Shown here piece after piece: positions 18,330 to 28,329 of a stretch of DNA of 41,169 bases (its first letter is position 1; each line of letters starts with the position of its first letter). The stretch is from an uncultured Methanosarcinales archaeon (GTDB lineage: Archaea; Nanobdellota; Nanobdellia; Woesearchaeales; CAYMBN01): NCBI GenBank assembly GCA_964388715.1, contig CAYMBN010000012.1:1-41169 (forward strand), given 5' to 3'. The translations under genes and the position numbers were made by a program. Under the pieces are notes generated by a model that was given only the letters and a program-made list of their open reading frames with translations, ran no database searches and was not told the DNA's origin.

Positions 18330-21300
18330 TTAATTACCAAACCACTTAACTAAACCTTCCTGTTTCTCCTTTTCCTTACCAAACACTTCTTCAACTCTTG
18401 ATTTTATAAGGTTTAATGTTTGTTTAAGATAAACAGGACTATTAAATTCTTCAGCTAAATTAATACTAGGTTCAAGATATTTCACAATAGAACCTTTTGA
18501 AATAGTAAAAATAATTTTACCACCACAAGCAGTACATTTTCCTATCAAAGGTGGTCTTCTATACTTTTCATTACATTTCACACACCTAAATTGTTGCATT
18601 GAAAATTTTCTTAAATTTCCTTTAATATCCTTAATAAAATGTTTTTCAATTACTAATCTCGCAACGTCAGCAGTATCAACAGCCCTTATTTTTTGTGCAA
18701 TCTGCATTTGTCCTTGTAACTTTTCTTGCATTGAAGGTAAAATTTTGTAAGCAGAACAATTAACCCCCATATTAATATTAGAAACATTATGTGTAAAACC
18801 TATTTTTTCATATTGTTTTTCAGTATTTAATCTTTTATTTAATTGTTCAATTACAACATCTTTTGAACTAACATATTTTTTACATTTTTCATAAAATTCC
18901 AAATGATATTTCCACACAACATCTATACCATGTACTTGATCATCTACTTCTGTTGGAATTAATTTAGATGTTAAAACTAAAGGAGCATCCATAGTTCTAC
19001 CACCACGTTTATCTGGAAGAAACTGTCTTGAAAAATTAAGTAAAGCATCCATTAACATCATTACACAACATTCATCACCATCACAATCACGACGTAAACC
19101 TGCATGCCATAATGGATGTGCAAAACAACCTTGTGTTTCAGAAAACCCAATTATTCTTCCAATCAAACCAGCTGAAATATGTGGTGCCAACCCAATAACC
19201 AAATGACCAACCAAATCAGAAGGTTTTATTAAATTATAAAAAGGTTTCAACCCATATAAACTTACCAATAATTCATCAATAAACTTTGAAACGTTAAACA
19301 AAACCAAATCAGCAGGTTCATCAACTGTTTCTTTGTTACATGGTAAAATAAGATCTTGAGGTTTAAGTTCAACAACTTGATTTTTATTTACAAGTGGAGC
19401 ACCAGTTATATCATGTGTATAACCCAATTCATTTAATTTACCAACATTTGTTCCAATTTCCTCAGGTTTAAAATGAGTTATTGGTAATTCAGAAATATCA
19501 TATCTTGTTGTACCATCTTTATTTACATAAATTCCATGTTTTGCTCTAATTATTCCTTTTATTAAATTTTCAGGTATATGATCTTTATTAGAAGTTCCAC
19601 GAACACCTTTAATTAAATCAGGATAAGTTCTTATACCCATTTTTTTTAATGCTTTCTCAAAATAATGTTTGATATTAATATCCCTTGTCTTATAAGTATA
19701 AGCATTACCATGTTTTTTACATACCTTGTTTTCAATTTCACCACAAACAGAACAATAAAATAATTTTTTTGTTTTTTTATCACAAATTTCACAAATAGGA
19801 TAAATAGTATTTTTATTACAATGTGTACATTTGTACAAAGGAAAATCTCCTCTTATAACTCCTTGTTCCAAAGCACTCTGAAAACAACGTAATCTCCCAC
19901 CTTCTTTTCCAACAGGAAACAATACTTGTGGTGAACCAGTTAATTTTCTCATTTTTGCTTTTTCAGGTCTACCCATTCTAGCTCCTACAAAAACACCACA
20001 TTTATCTCTTATTTTTAAATTTGATAATAAATTAATCATTTCAAGAACATTATCTTTATCATCAACAATTTCTAAAAGCTTTTTCTTATTAAACTTATTT
20101 TCTAAACCGAGATTATACAAAAAAGCAATTGAATGATCTTTTTCAATAACAATAAATTCATTACTTGCCAAGATATGGGGTAAACCAATTAATTCAAAAA
20201 TCCTTTTTAATTTTACATTATAAGGAAAAATTACTTTCTTAATTTTTTCATCTTCTTTTTTGATATTAATCATTTCAATAGAATTAATTAAAGTTAATAA
20301 TTGATCTTTATTTATAGAATTCCAATAATATATATAATAAGGATGTAATGGTATATTAAGTTTTTTTGATAAGTTTATTGCATTACTTACTGATATTTTA
20401 TGATTTAAAGGATTTGATAAAATTTCCTCAATTTTTTCTTCTGGAATTTCTGTTAATTCTGATAATTTTATAATATCAATATTACCAAAATAATTAACAA
20501 TTGATTTTTCAAATTCCTGAATCCAATACTCTTGACAATAACCAGAAGGAATAAAAATATGTCCATTTTCAGAAAAATCACCATAATTAAATAAAATATC
20601 TCCTAAAAAAAGAATTTCTTCAACCTCACTAAAATATTCTTTAACATCTTTCAAAGTTTTTAATTTTACAACATTCCCATTTTTTAGTTTAACAATTGGA
20701 GGTTCTATTGAATCACAAGGAGTTATAGCTGCCGCTTTACCAGGCCTCTCAACTTTAAGTTGTGTCCCAGTAGCAATATATTTATTTAACAAAAACATAG
20801 TAACAGGATGAATAGATGCTGCACTAAATCCTGAAACCCTACAACGTCCATACCTTAATCTAAAACCACCATTTCTCATAGGATGTGTTAAAACAGGTCT
20901 ACCAGCAACTAAATCCTTCAAGTAAGTATAATTTGGAGTTAATTTTTTCTCAACTTTTCCTTTAGCTTTAACCCTTTTCTGAATCTCAAGAAATTCTTTC
21001 AAAAAATCCCAATTAAGACCCATTTCTTTTCCCCAAACACTCAAACGTTTCCATAACTTTGGTGCTTTCTGTGCAACACCTTCAGCAAAGACTAAACACA
21101 TACCTCCCCTTATAAAATCAGTTTCAACTCTTGGCAAATCCTTATAATTTGAAACCTCAATCCTTTCTGTAGGATCACCACTAATTTCAACAGGAAGGTA
21201 TTTTGCTAAAAATTTAATTTCCTCTTCACCAGGAAAATATTGTAAATTAGTAACCCTTTCATGATAATCAGTTACTTCTGAAAAAAATCTATTAATTTCT

Positions 21301-21857
21301 TCACTTGTTGGATCATATCTTGCATAACCCATTTTTATTCTTACATAATCAGCCAATATAACAGAGGTGGCAGCAGCAGTACCGCCTGCACCACGCACAG
21401 GTCCAGCATAACATACTGAAAAATATTCTTGTCCTGTTCTTGTTTTCTTGAGTTTTAATTCAATAAAACCTTCTAAAGGTGCTGATACAATTCCAATAGT
21501 TAAATACGCAAATCCGGTTCTTATAGCAATTTCCATTGCTTTTAATTTAGATTCAAATTTACAAAATTTTTCTTTAGCAACTTCTTCAGCAATGATAAAT
21601 GCAACTCTCCAATCTCCTATATCAAACTTTTTTTCTAATTCCTTAATCCTTTTTGGAATTCCCTTTCCTTTTAATTCTGGAGCAACTACACTTATTAATC
21701 CCTCAACTCTTTCAGCCATATCTCTTGCTAATGGGATATCAATATAATCTTCAGGATCATACCCTTTTTTTCTTGCTTTTGTAGCAACTTCATATGCTAA
21801 CTTAATCTTTTTATTAACATTTTCAAAATATTCACTCATTTCTTTACTTTCTTCCAT
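18330..21857 (-). CDS. polC: DNA polymerase D large subunit DP2
   Basis: YAGPVRGAGGT, GFRLRYGR, RMGRPEKAK, RRDCDGDE catalytic motif, C-terminal Zn finger and PIP-like QEGLVKWF. Confidence 0.97.
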   Translation of the reverse strand: MEESKEMSEYFENVNKKIKLAYEVATKARKKGYDPEDYIDIPLARDMAERVEGLISVVAPELKGKGIPKRIKELEKKFDIGDWRVAFIIAEEVAKEKFCKFESKLKAMEIAIRTGFAYLTIGIVSAPLEGFIELKLKKTRTGQEYFSVCYAGPVRGAGGTAAATSVILADYVRIKMGYARYDPTSEEINRFFSEVTDYHERVTNLQYFPGEEEIKFLAKYLPVEISGDPTERIEVSNYKDLPRVETDFIRGGMCLVFAEGVAQKAPKLWKRLSVWGKEMGLNWDFLKEFLEIQKRVKAKGKVEKKLTPNYTYLKDLVAGRPVLTHPMRNGGFRLRYGRCRVSGFSAASIHPVTMFLLNKYIATGTQLKVERPGKAAAITPCDSIEPPIVKLKNGNVVKLKTLKDVKEYFSEVEEILFLGDILFNYGDFSENGHIFIPSGYCQEYWIQEFEKSIVNYFGNIDIIKLSELTEIPEEKIEEILSNPLNHKISVSNAINLSKKLNIPLHPYYIYYWNSINKDQLLTLINSIEMINIKKEDEKIKKVIFPYNVKLKRIFELIGLPHILASNEFIVIEKDHSIAFLYNLGLENKFNKKKLLEIVDDKDNVLEMINLLSNLKIRDKCGVFVGARMGRPEKAKMRKLTGSPQVLFPVGKEGGRLRCFQSALEQGVIRGDFPLYKCTHCNKNTIYPICEICDKKTKKLFYCSVCGEIENKVCKKHGNAYTYKTRDINIKHYFEKALKKMGIRTYPDLIKGVRGTSNKDHIPENLIKGIIRAKHGIYVNKDGTTRYDISELPITHFKPEEIGTNVGKLNELGYTHDITGAPLVNKNQVVELKPQDLILPCNKETVDEPADLVLFNVSKFIDELLVSLYGLKPFYNLIKPSDLVGHLVIGLAPHISAGLIGRIIGFSETQGCFAHPLWHAGLRRDCDGDECCVMMLMDALLNFSRQFLPDKRGGRTMDAPLVLTSKLIPTEVDDQVHGIDVVWKYHLEFYEKCKKYVSSKDVVIEQLNKRLNTEKQYEKIGFTHNVSNINMGVNCSAYKILPSMQEKLQGQMQIAQKIRAVDTADVARLVIEKHFIKDIKGNLRKFSMQQFRCVKCNEKYRRPPLIGKCTACGGKIIFTISKGSIVKYLEPSINLAEEFNSPVYLKQTLNLIKSRVEEVFGKEKEKQEGLVKWFGN

Positions 21858-21858
21858 T

Positions 21859-23397
21859 TTAAAATTTAAGAATTTTCACCTCCCTTGTTTGTAAATTAAC
21901 AACAGGTACTCTTGCTGGTTGAGGATTATGTCCTAATTTTTCCTGAAAACCAGTTTTACTCTGCCAACAAGAACAACAAATTGTGGTTATATTTTTATAA
22001 TTAGATATTATTGAATAATGAATATGACCAGAAATAAAAAAATCAGGTATTTTATCAATAACCAAATTATCTTTTTCTTCATCAGGAATATACAAAGTTG
22101 AAGTATGACTTGGTGCTAAATGTCTTCTTTGTAACAAAAATTTCATTATCAAATCAGCTCTATTATAACCACCATTAAGTCTTATTGAATCAACATTAGC
22201 AACATAATAATCAAAAGAATATCCATGATATAATAATACATCAAAACCAGAAAAATCCTTTGAAGCATGTATATTTATTAATGAAGGATTACTAACAAAT
22301 GTGATATTAGATAATGATTTAAGTGAAGATGCAAAATCACCCATTACTGGTTGAGGTTCAGAAATTCTTACAGCATCATGATTTCCAGGACAAATAATAA
22401 TATGAATATTTTTTGGAATAAATGATAATAATCTTGCACATTCTTCATATTGTTTATAAATATCTTTAATTATTAATTCCTCTTCTTGTCCTGGATAAAT
22501 TCCTACACCATCAACAAGATCACCTGCTATAAATAAATATTTAATTTTAGATGCAATATTTTTTTGAATTTCACTTCCAGTTTCACCATTTATCCATTTT
22601 AAAAATTTATCAAATTTATCAGGTAAAAAATTAGTTGAACCAACATGTAAATCAGAAATAAATACAGCATAAACATCTTCCTTACACTTTTTTAATTCTC
22701 TATTCAAAGGAATTTCAGGCAATAAAATATTATTAACATAAATTATATTTTCTCCATTTACACCTACTACACCAATTATTTCATCAAGAACTAAATCTTT
22801 AGATAATTTAAAAAGTTCAGGTCTGTTTTTATTGATTAATATTTTTATCAAACCTGTTAAATCTTCTATAGTAATTATAAGATTACCATTCCTGGTTAAT
22901 TCTTTATTTTTAATAATTCCAATTAAACTTACATTTTCTCTTTCTGTTTTTTTTGATACTCTATTAATAGAAGTAACAGATTGTAATTCTTGCCTATTTC
23001 TTAAAATAGATTCAATAGCTTTATACCTTTTATTAAAATAACTCACAAAATGTTGAACATTTCTCAATTTAGATTTTTGTTTATAAGAAAATAAAACATT
23101 TACAGGTAAAATTACTTCTTCTTTTTTCTTTTTTTCTTTTTGAATATAATTAATAAATTTTTCATAAGTATCAATTTTTTTTCCTTTTTCAATAAAAGTT
23201 TTTATTTTTTCTAATTCTAACCAATTTACTTCTTGCTTATCATTCGCATTTAATGAATCTTTTGTTAATACTAATAAATTGTATTTCTTAAATTTAGAAA
23301 AATTATTTACTGACTCTAAACTTAATAAATTTAATAGTTCAGGACTTATTAAAATATTATTTTCCATAAATTGATATATTATTTCTTGTTTATTCAT
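21859..23397 (-). CDS. polB: DNA polymerase D small subunit DP1
   Basis: OB fold plus phosphoesterase motifs SDLHVGS, GDLVDGVGIYPGQ, PGNHD, HLAP, GHIH. Confidence 0.96.
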   Translation of the reverse strand: MNKQEIIYQFMENNILISPELLNLLSLESVNNFSKFKKYNLLVLTKDSLNANDKQEVNWLELEKIKTFIEKGKKIDTYEKFINYIQKEKKKKEEVILPVNVLFSYKQKSKLRNVQHFVSYFNKRYKAIESILRNRQELQSVTSINRVSKKTERENVSLIGIIKNKELTRNGNLIITIEDLTGLIKILINKNRPELFKLSKDLVLDEIIGVVGVNGENIIYVNNILLPEIPLNRELKKCKEDVYAVFISDLHVGSTNFLPDKFDKFLKWINGETGSEIQKNIASKIKYLFIAGDLVDGVGIYPGQEEELIIKDIYKQYEECARLLSFIPKNIHIIICPGNHDAVRISEPQPVMGDFASSLKSLSNITFVSNPSLINIHASKDFSGFDVLLYHGYSFDYYVANVDSIRLNGGYNRADLIMKFLLQRRHLAPSHTSTLYIPDEEKDNLVIDKIPDFFISGHIHYSIISNYKNITTICCSCWQSKTGFQEKLGHNPQPARVPVVNLQTREVKILKF

Positions 23398-23399
23398 TG

Positions 23400-24599
23400 T
23401 TAGAATAATGAGTCTGTTAATATTTTGAGAATTTTTGGTTCAAGTGATTTTGAAAGTGATAATGATATTTCCCTTGTTCTACCATATCTTCCTTTAGATA
23501 TAACTTTTGCATTTATCAAACCAATCATATCAAGTTCGCTAATAACATCACTAATTCTTCTTTGTGTTAATGGTCTTAATCCTGTTTTATCACACAATTC
23601 TTTATATAATTCATAAATTTCTCCTGTAAAAATAATATTTTTCCTTTTTGAGTAAAGTGTTATTATTGAATACAATGTTACTTGATGTTGTTTTGGTTGT
23701 GTTGCTACAATATCAACAATCCTATCACGCTCAATTTTATCTTCAGCATCATCAATATGAGTTATATTAATTGTTAATTTACCTTTTCTCTCTGCTAATT
23801 CTCCAGCAACCCTTAATAATTCCAATGCTCTCCTAGCATCACCATGATCACGAGCAGCATATGCAGCACATTTTTCAATAACTCCATTTTCAATCACATT
23901 TTTCTTAAAAGCCAATTTACTCCTTTGTTTTAAAATTGATTGAAGTTGTAAAGCATTATAAGGTGAAAAAACTAATTCTTCTTCACTTAAAGAAGATTTA
24001 ACTCTTGGATCAAGGTGATCTGTAAATAAAATATCATTAGAAATTCCTATTAATGTTAATTGTGAATTTTTCAATTCTGAATTAATTCTTGTCAAGTTAT
24101 AAAGAATTTCATCCCCTGTTTTTTTAACTAATTCATCAATTTCATCTAATACTAACATAATTAATTGTTTTTCACAATCAATTGTATTAAAAAATATTTT
24201 ATAAACTTCATCAGTAGGTAAACCAGTTGCAGGTATTTCTTTCCCAAGTTCTCTTGAAAGTTGAGCAATTAATCTATATTCAGTATCTGTAACTTTTTTT
24301 AATTTACAATTAATATAAAATATTTTAATTGGAATATTCTTCTCTTTAGCTATTTTTTCTAAATTAACTGAAGTATGTTTTATTGATAATGTTTTTCCAG
24401 TACCTGTTTTTCCATAAATAAACAAATTAGAAGGCTTTTCCAACCTTAACGCAGGTGCTAATATATTAGCAATTTGTTGTATTTGTTCATCTCTATGTTC
24501 AACCATTTCTGGTGTATAATTAGATTGTAATACTTTTTTTTCAACAAATAATGGTTCTTTATCAAGATAATTTTCAAAGAAATTAAATATTTTTGTCAT
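23400..24599 (-). CDS. cdc6: Orc1/Cdc6 replication initiator
   Basis: GKTGTGKT, LDEID, HGDARRALELLR, winged helix GRYGRT. Confidence 0.97.
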   Translation of the reverse strand: MTKIFNFFENYLDKEPLFVEKKVLQSNYTPEMVEHRDEQIQQIANILAPALRLEKPSNLFIYGKTGTGKTLSIKHTSVNLEKIAKEKNIPIKIFYINCKLKKVTDTEYRLIAQLSRELGKEIPATGLPTDEVYKIFFNTIDCEKQLIMLVLDEIDELVKKTGDEILYNLTRINSELKNSQLTLIGISNDILFTDHLDPRVKSSLSEEELVFSPYNALQLQSILKQRSKLAFKKNVIENGVIEKCAAYAARDHGDARRALELLRVAGELAERKGKLTINITHIDDAEDKIERDRIVDIVATQPKQHQVTLYSIITLYSKRKNIIFTGEIYELYKELCDKTGLRPLTQRRISDVISELDMIGLINAKVISKGRYGRTREISLSLSKSLEPKILKILTDSLF

Positions 24600-24620
24600 A
24601 TTCCAACACCTCTTACCTTA

Positions 24621-24790
24621 CCCCTTAATTTCAAGTAGAAGTAAAATCTACTCATATTTAAATATATTTAATCTTAAAAATATAAACTTAATTATAGGGT
24701 TTCAGCCCCTTATATTATATATTATATATTTTCTATATAGTAAATAAATAATAATAATAATAAAGATAATTTCCATAGGAAATCAAGGGC
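24621..24790. other. Candidate replication origin: inverted ORB pair flanking an AT-rich tract
   Basis: Minus-strand TTCTACTTGAAATTAAGGGG (24640-24621) and plus-strand TTCCATAGGAAATCAAGGGC (24771-24790), with a nearly pure A/T tract at 24710-24770, directly upstream of cdc6. Confidence 0.7.
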
Positions 24791-24878
24791 TCTGTCTATG
24801 TACAAAATTAGTTATCACTTTATAATAACAACACAACCGAAACATTTATATAATATTAATGTTTTTTAGTGATTAAAG

Positions 24879-25652
24879 ATGTTAATACAAAAAGATTTCC
24901 TAAATAAACTAAAAGACTTTGGTTTAAACACATATGAAAGTAAATTATGGACAGCTTTGCTAAGTAGAGGTGTTTCAACTGCAGGAGAACTCTCTGATAT
25001 TGCAAATGTACCTAGATCACGTTGTTATGACGTTCTTGAAAGCCTTGAAAAGAAAGGTTTTATTATAATGAAGGTAGGAAAACCAATTAAGTATATAGCA
25101 GTTCCACCTAGTGAAGTTATTGATAGAGTTAAGAAAAAAATCAAACAAGAGAGTGAAGAACAAGTAAATATTCTTAAAGAACTTGAAAAAAGTAAGATAT
25201 TAACAGAACTTAATATTTTACATGATCAAGGAGTTGAACTTGTAGAACCAACAGATTTAACAGGTTCATTAAGAGGAAGAGATAATTTGTACAATCACTT
25301 AAATATGATATTCAAAAATGCTAAAAAATCTATAAAAATAGTAACAACTTCTTCAGGTTTAAAAAGAAAAAAACAACATTTTCAAAAAGTCCTTAAAAAA
25401 GCATCAAATAATGGTATTAATATAAAAATAATTTCTTCTGTTGATGACAAAGATCTTAATCAAATAGCTGAAATTAAAAAAATTAATGATATTAATGCAA
25501 GATTTGTTATTGTTGATGATAAAGAATTAGTATTTATGTTACTACATGATAACGATGTTCATGAAAGTTATGATACAGGTATATGGGTAAACAGTAAATT
25601 CTTTGCACAAACACTTTCTCAAATGTTTGATAATAGTTGGAAAAACAAATAA
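24879..25652 (+). CDS. TrmB-family transcriptional regulator/chromatin protein
   Basis: FGLNTYESK...VPRSRCYDVLESLEKKGF HTH; PLD-like C-terminal domain (RFVIVDDKE). Confidence 0.9.
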   Translation: MLIQKDFLNKLKDFGLNTYESKLWTALLSRGVSTAGELSDIANVPRSRCYDVLESLEKKGFIIMKVGKPIKYIAVPPSEVIDRVKKKIKQESEEQVNILKELEKSKILTELNILHDQGVELVEPTDLTGSLRGRDNLYNHLNMIFKNAKKSIKIVTTSSGLKRKKQHFQKVLKKASNNGINIKIISSVDDKDLNQIAEIKKINDINARFVIVDDKELVFMLLHDNDVHESYDTGIWVNSKFFAQTLSQMFDNSWKNK

Positions 25653-25690
25653 AAAACTTTATTAACAACTACTACTTTTGAATAGTTTAT

Positions 25691-26362
25691 ATGAAAATTA
25701 AAGGAGCTTTAGATAAAATAAAAGAAATAACTATCAATAAGAATATTCTTTATTTTCCAGGATGTTACACCAGAACGTTCCTACCTGATATTATATATAA
25801 TTATAGAAAAATTTTAGATAAAATAGGAGTTAAATACTTAATGCTTGATGATTTAGAATTATGTTGTGGTTATCCAGCTTGGTCTGCTGGTTATTCAGAT
25901 GATTTTTACAATTTAATTACAAAAAACAAAAAAATATTCAAAAAACTTAACATTGGAAAAATTATTACTAATTGTCCAATATGTTTTAAAATTTTTAAAG
26001 AACAATACAATTTTAATGTTGATCATATTTCAAATATAATATTAAAAAATATTGAAAAATTAAATTATAAACAAAATAATGAAAAAATAATTTACCATAA
26101 TTGTAAACTTAAAACAAAAGATACAATCAAAATTCTAGAAAAAATAGGTTTTCAAATTAAATTATCATCTAATTGTTCTGGAATACATGGTGGTTTAAAA
26201 GAGAATAAACCTGAATTATCAAATAACATTGCAAAATTTATGTTAAATAATCTCAAAACAAGTAAAATTATTACAACTTGTGCCTCATGTTATGATCATC
26301 TGAAAAAAAATACAAGAGATATTAAAATTATTGAACTAAGTCAACTATTCAATGAAAATTGA
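25691..26362 (+). CDS. CCG-domain Fe-S protein (GlcF/GlpC C-terminal-like)
   Basis: YFPGC, ELCCG, TNCPIC; second repeat NCSG...TTCASC. Confidence 0.85.
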   Translation: MKIKGALDKIKEITINKNILYFPGCYTRTFLPDIIYNYRKILDKIGVKYLMLDDLELCCGYPAWSAGYSDDFYNLITKNKKIFKKLNIGKIITNCPICFKIFKEQYNFNVDHISNIILKNIEKLNYKQNNEKIIYHNCKLKTKDTIKILEKIGFQIKLSSNCSGIHGGLKENKPELSNNIAKFMLNNLKTSKIITTCASCYDHLKKNTRDIKIIELSQLFNEN

Positions 26363-27506
26363 AAAATTAATTGAAATATTTGGAAGGGATAATGTTTCTA
26401 CTGAAAAGTCTGATTTATTAGTATATTCAACAGATGCTTCAATGGAACAAGGTGAACCAATAGTTATTGTATGGGCTACAAATACAGAACAAATTAGAAA
26501 ATTAATGATTTACGCAAATAGAGTTAATTTAAATGTTGTTCCTAGAGGGTATGCAACTTCTTTAGCAGGAGGAACAATTCCACTTAAATCAATTGTTTTA
26601 GACTTAAGCAAATTAAATCATATTTCCAAAATTAATTTACTTGAAAAAACAGCCACTGTTGAACCAGCAGTAGTTTTAAGTGTTTTAAACAAAAAATTAG
26701 AAGAATTTAATTTACAATTTCCAATTATATCTCAATTACACACTGTATCAACAATTGGTGGTATAATTGCAACAAATAATATTGGTTTAAAACCAATCAA
26801 ATATGGTTCTATAAAAGATTGGATATCAGAAATTGAATTTATTGATGGAACAGGTAAACTTTATCAAACAAACAAAGTAAAAGATTTTATAGGAAGTGAA
26901 GGAACTTTATGTGTTATCACAAAAATAAAACTTAAATTAACAAAACCAATAGAAAAAACAACAGCCAACACATTTCAATTTACTGATATAAACAAATTGG
27001 TTGAAAAAATTAAACAATTAAAAACAGAACCCAACATAATTTCAATAGAATTTTTTGATAAATTATCAGCTAAATTACTTGGGTTAATACCTTTATATTA
27101 TCTTTATGTTACTTATGAAAGTGAAGAAGGAGACATTAAGAACACAAATTTTATTGATCAAAGAAGAAATCAATTAAACAAGATATTATCAGCACACTCT
27201 TATACACATATAGAAAAATTACAATTAAATACTAATGAATTACCTCACTTAATATTATCATTATACAAAAATAAAATTCCTTCTTATGGTAATATTGGTT
27301 ATGGTATTATTACATCAAGATTTAAAAAAATACAACTTAATTTAATACCAAAAATAATACAATTAGTAACAAGACTCAATGGAAAAATAATTGAAATTGG
27401 TTTAACAAAAAAACCTTATGTAAATGAAGAATTTAAACAAAAAATAAAAGAACTTAAAATAAAATATGATCCTTCAAATATATTAAATAGAGGAAAAATA
27501 ATATGA
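26352..27506 (+). CDS. FAD-binding oxidoreductase, GlcD/D-lactate dehydrogenase-like (divergent)
   Basis: YSTDAS, VPRGYATSLAGG, STIGGIIATN, FIGSEGTL, YDPSNILNRGKI. Confidence 0.85.
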   Translation: MKIEKLIEIFGRDNVSTEKSDLLVYSTDASMEQGEPIVIVWATNTEQIRKLMIYANRVNLNVVPRGYATSLAGGTIPLKSIVLDLSKLNHISKINLLEKTATVEPAVVLSVLNKKLEEFNLQFPIISQLHTVSTIGGIIATNNIGLKPIKYGSIKDWISEIEFIDGTGKLYQTNKVKDFIGSEGTLCVITKIKLKLTKPIEKTTANTFQFTDINKLVEKIKQLKTEPNIISIEFFDKLSAKLLGLIPLYYLYVTYESEEGDIKNTNFIDQRRNQLNKILSAHSYTHIEKLQLNTNELPHLILSLYKNKIPSYGNIGYGIITSRFKKIQLNLIPKIIQLVTRLNGKIIEIGLTKKPYVNEEFKQKIKELKIKYDPSNILNRGKII

Positions 27507-27829
27507 ACATTGAAAAATGTTATAACTGTGGATTATGTAAATCTGTTTGTCCTGTGTTTAAAGTTTTATTAAAAGAAACTGTTTCACCACGAGGAAAGTT
27601 AATACTTATTAAGAATGATTTAGTTAGTACAGCCTACTATTTATGTACTCTTTGTGGAAAATGTAAAGAAATTTGTCCTATTCAATGTGATATTCCAAGA
27701 GCAATAAGATTAATAAGAAACAAATTAATTGATAAAGGTATTGAAACAAAACCAAACAAAGAAATAATCAAAAATTTAAATCAATATGGTAATCCTTTTG
27801 AAAAAAAAGAAAAAAAGGATGTTAAGTAA
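27503..27829 (+). CDS. 2x[4Fe-4S] dicluster protein (GlcF N-terminal-like)
   Basis: CYNCGLCKSVCP, SPRGK, CTLCGKCKEICP, GNPF. Confidence 0.88.
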   Translation: MNIEKCYNCGLCKSVCPVFKVLLKETVSPRGKLILIKNDLVSTAYYLCTLCGKCKEICPIQCDIPRAIRLIRNKLIDKGIETKPNKEIIKNLNQYGNPFEKKEKKDVK

Positions 27830-28130
27830 CTTCTTCACGTAACTGAAAATTAAATAAATCCAAGTATTCTTCTGTTAAGTTAGGTGCTTGTTCTAACAAC
27901 ATTTCATATATATCTGCACTATAACAGTGAGCACATAAATTCATTGTTTTTCCACAGAACATACATTCTGTTCCTGTGATAAACTCATCATAATTAAATG
28001 AATCCACAATCATATTATTTAGTTTTGGATTTTTTTCTCTTAACCAATGTTTAACCTGTCGTGCTAAACATTCAGGACATATTGGGTTTGTTATGCCTTG
28101 TAGGCATACAGTACATGTGTTTTTATTCAT
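27822..28130 (-). CDS. Small Cys-rich putative metal-binding protein
   Basis: Four CxxC pairs (CTVC, CPEC, CMFC, CAHC); strong GAGGTGAGGG SD. Confidence 0.8.
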   Translation of the reverse strand: MNKNTCTVCLQGITNPICPECLARQVKHWLREKNPKLNNMIVDSFNYDEFITGTECMFCGKTMNLCAHCYSADIYEMLLEQAPNLTEEYLDLFNFQLREEVT

Positions 28131-28139
28131 TTTCCCTCA

Positions 28140-28329
28140 CCTCAAGGTTTTAATTTTTTGATTGGATTCAAACAACATTCCTTAGAACTCACACCACATT
28201 TGACATGAATTGTTTAGAAACAGTTGCAAGAACCCATCAATGATGATGTTCTTACCATGTCATAATGTGATATAGACACTTGTAGCTGAAATCAAAATTC
28301 ACACGTTTAATAATAGTCAAGTGTCTCAT
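28140..28329 (-). ncRNA. Candidate structured 5' leader / cis-regulatory RNA
   Basis: Perfect 9-bp stem (28326-28318 with 28282-28274); 13-bp bulged stem (28269-28256 with 28207-28195) enclosing two hairpins; minus-strand TATA box at 28359-28352. Confidence 0.55.

Noticed and set aside
14306..24599. Inteins in MCM, DP2, DP1 or Cdc6
   Set aside because: Lengths are normal and the conserved motifs are uninterrupted.
24747..24763. (AAT)n microsatellite
   Set aside because: Short and part of the AT-rich tract between the ORBs.
24811..24829. TGM-like TrmB operator (TATCAC half-site)
   Set aside because: The second half-site GTGATA is absent at the expected spacing.
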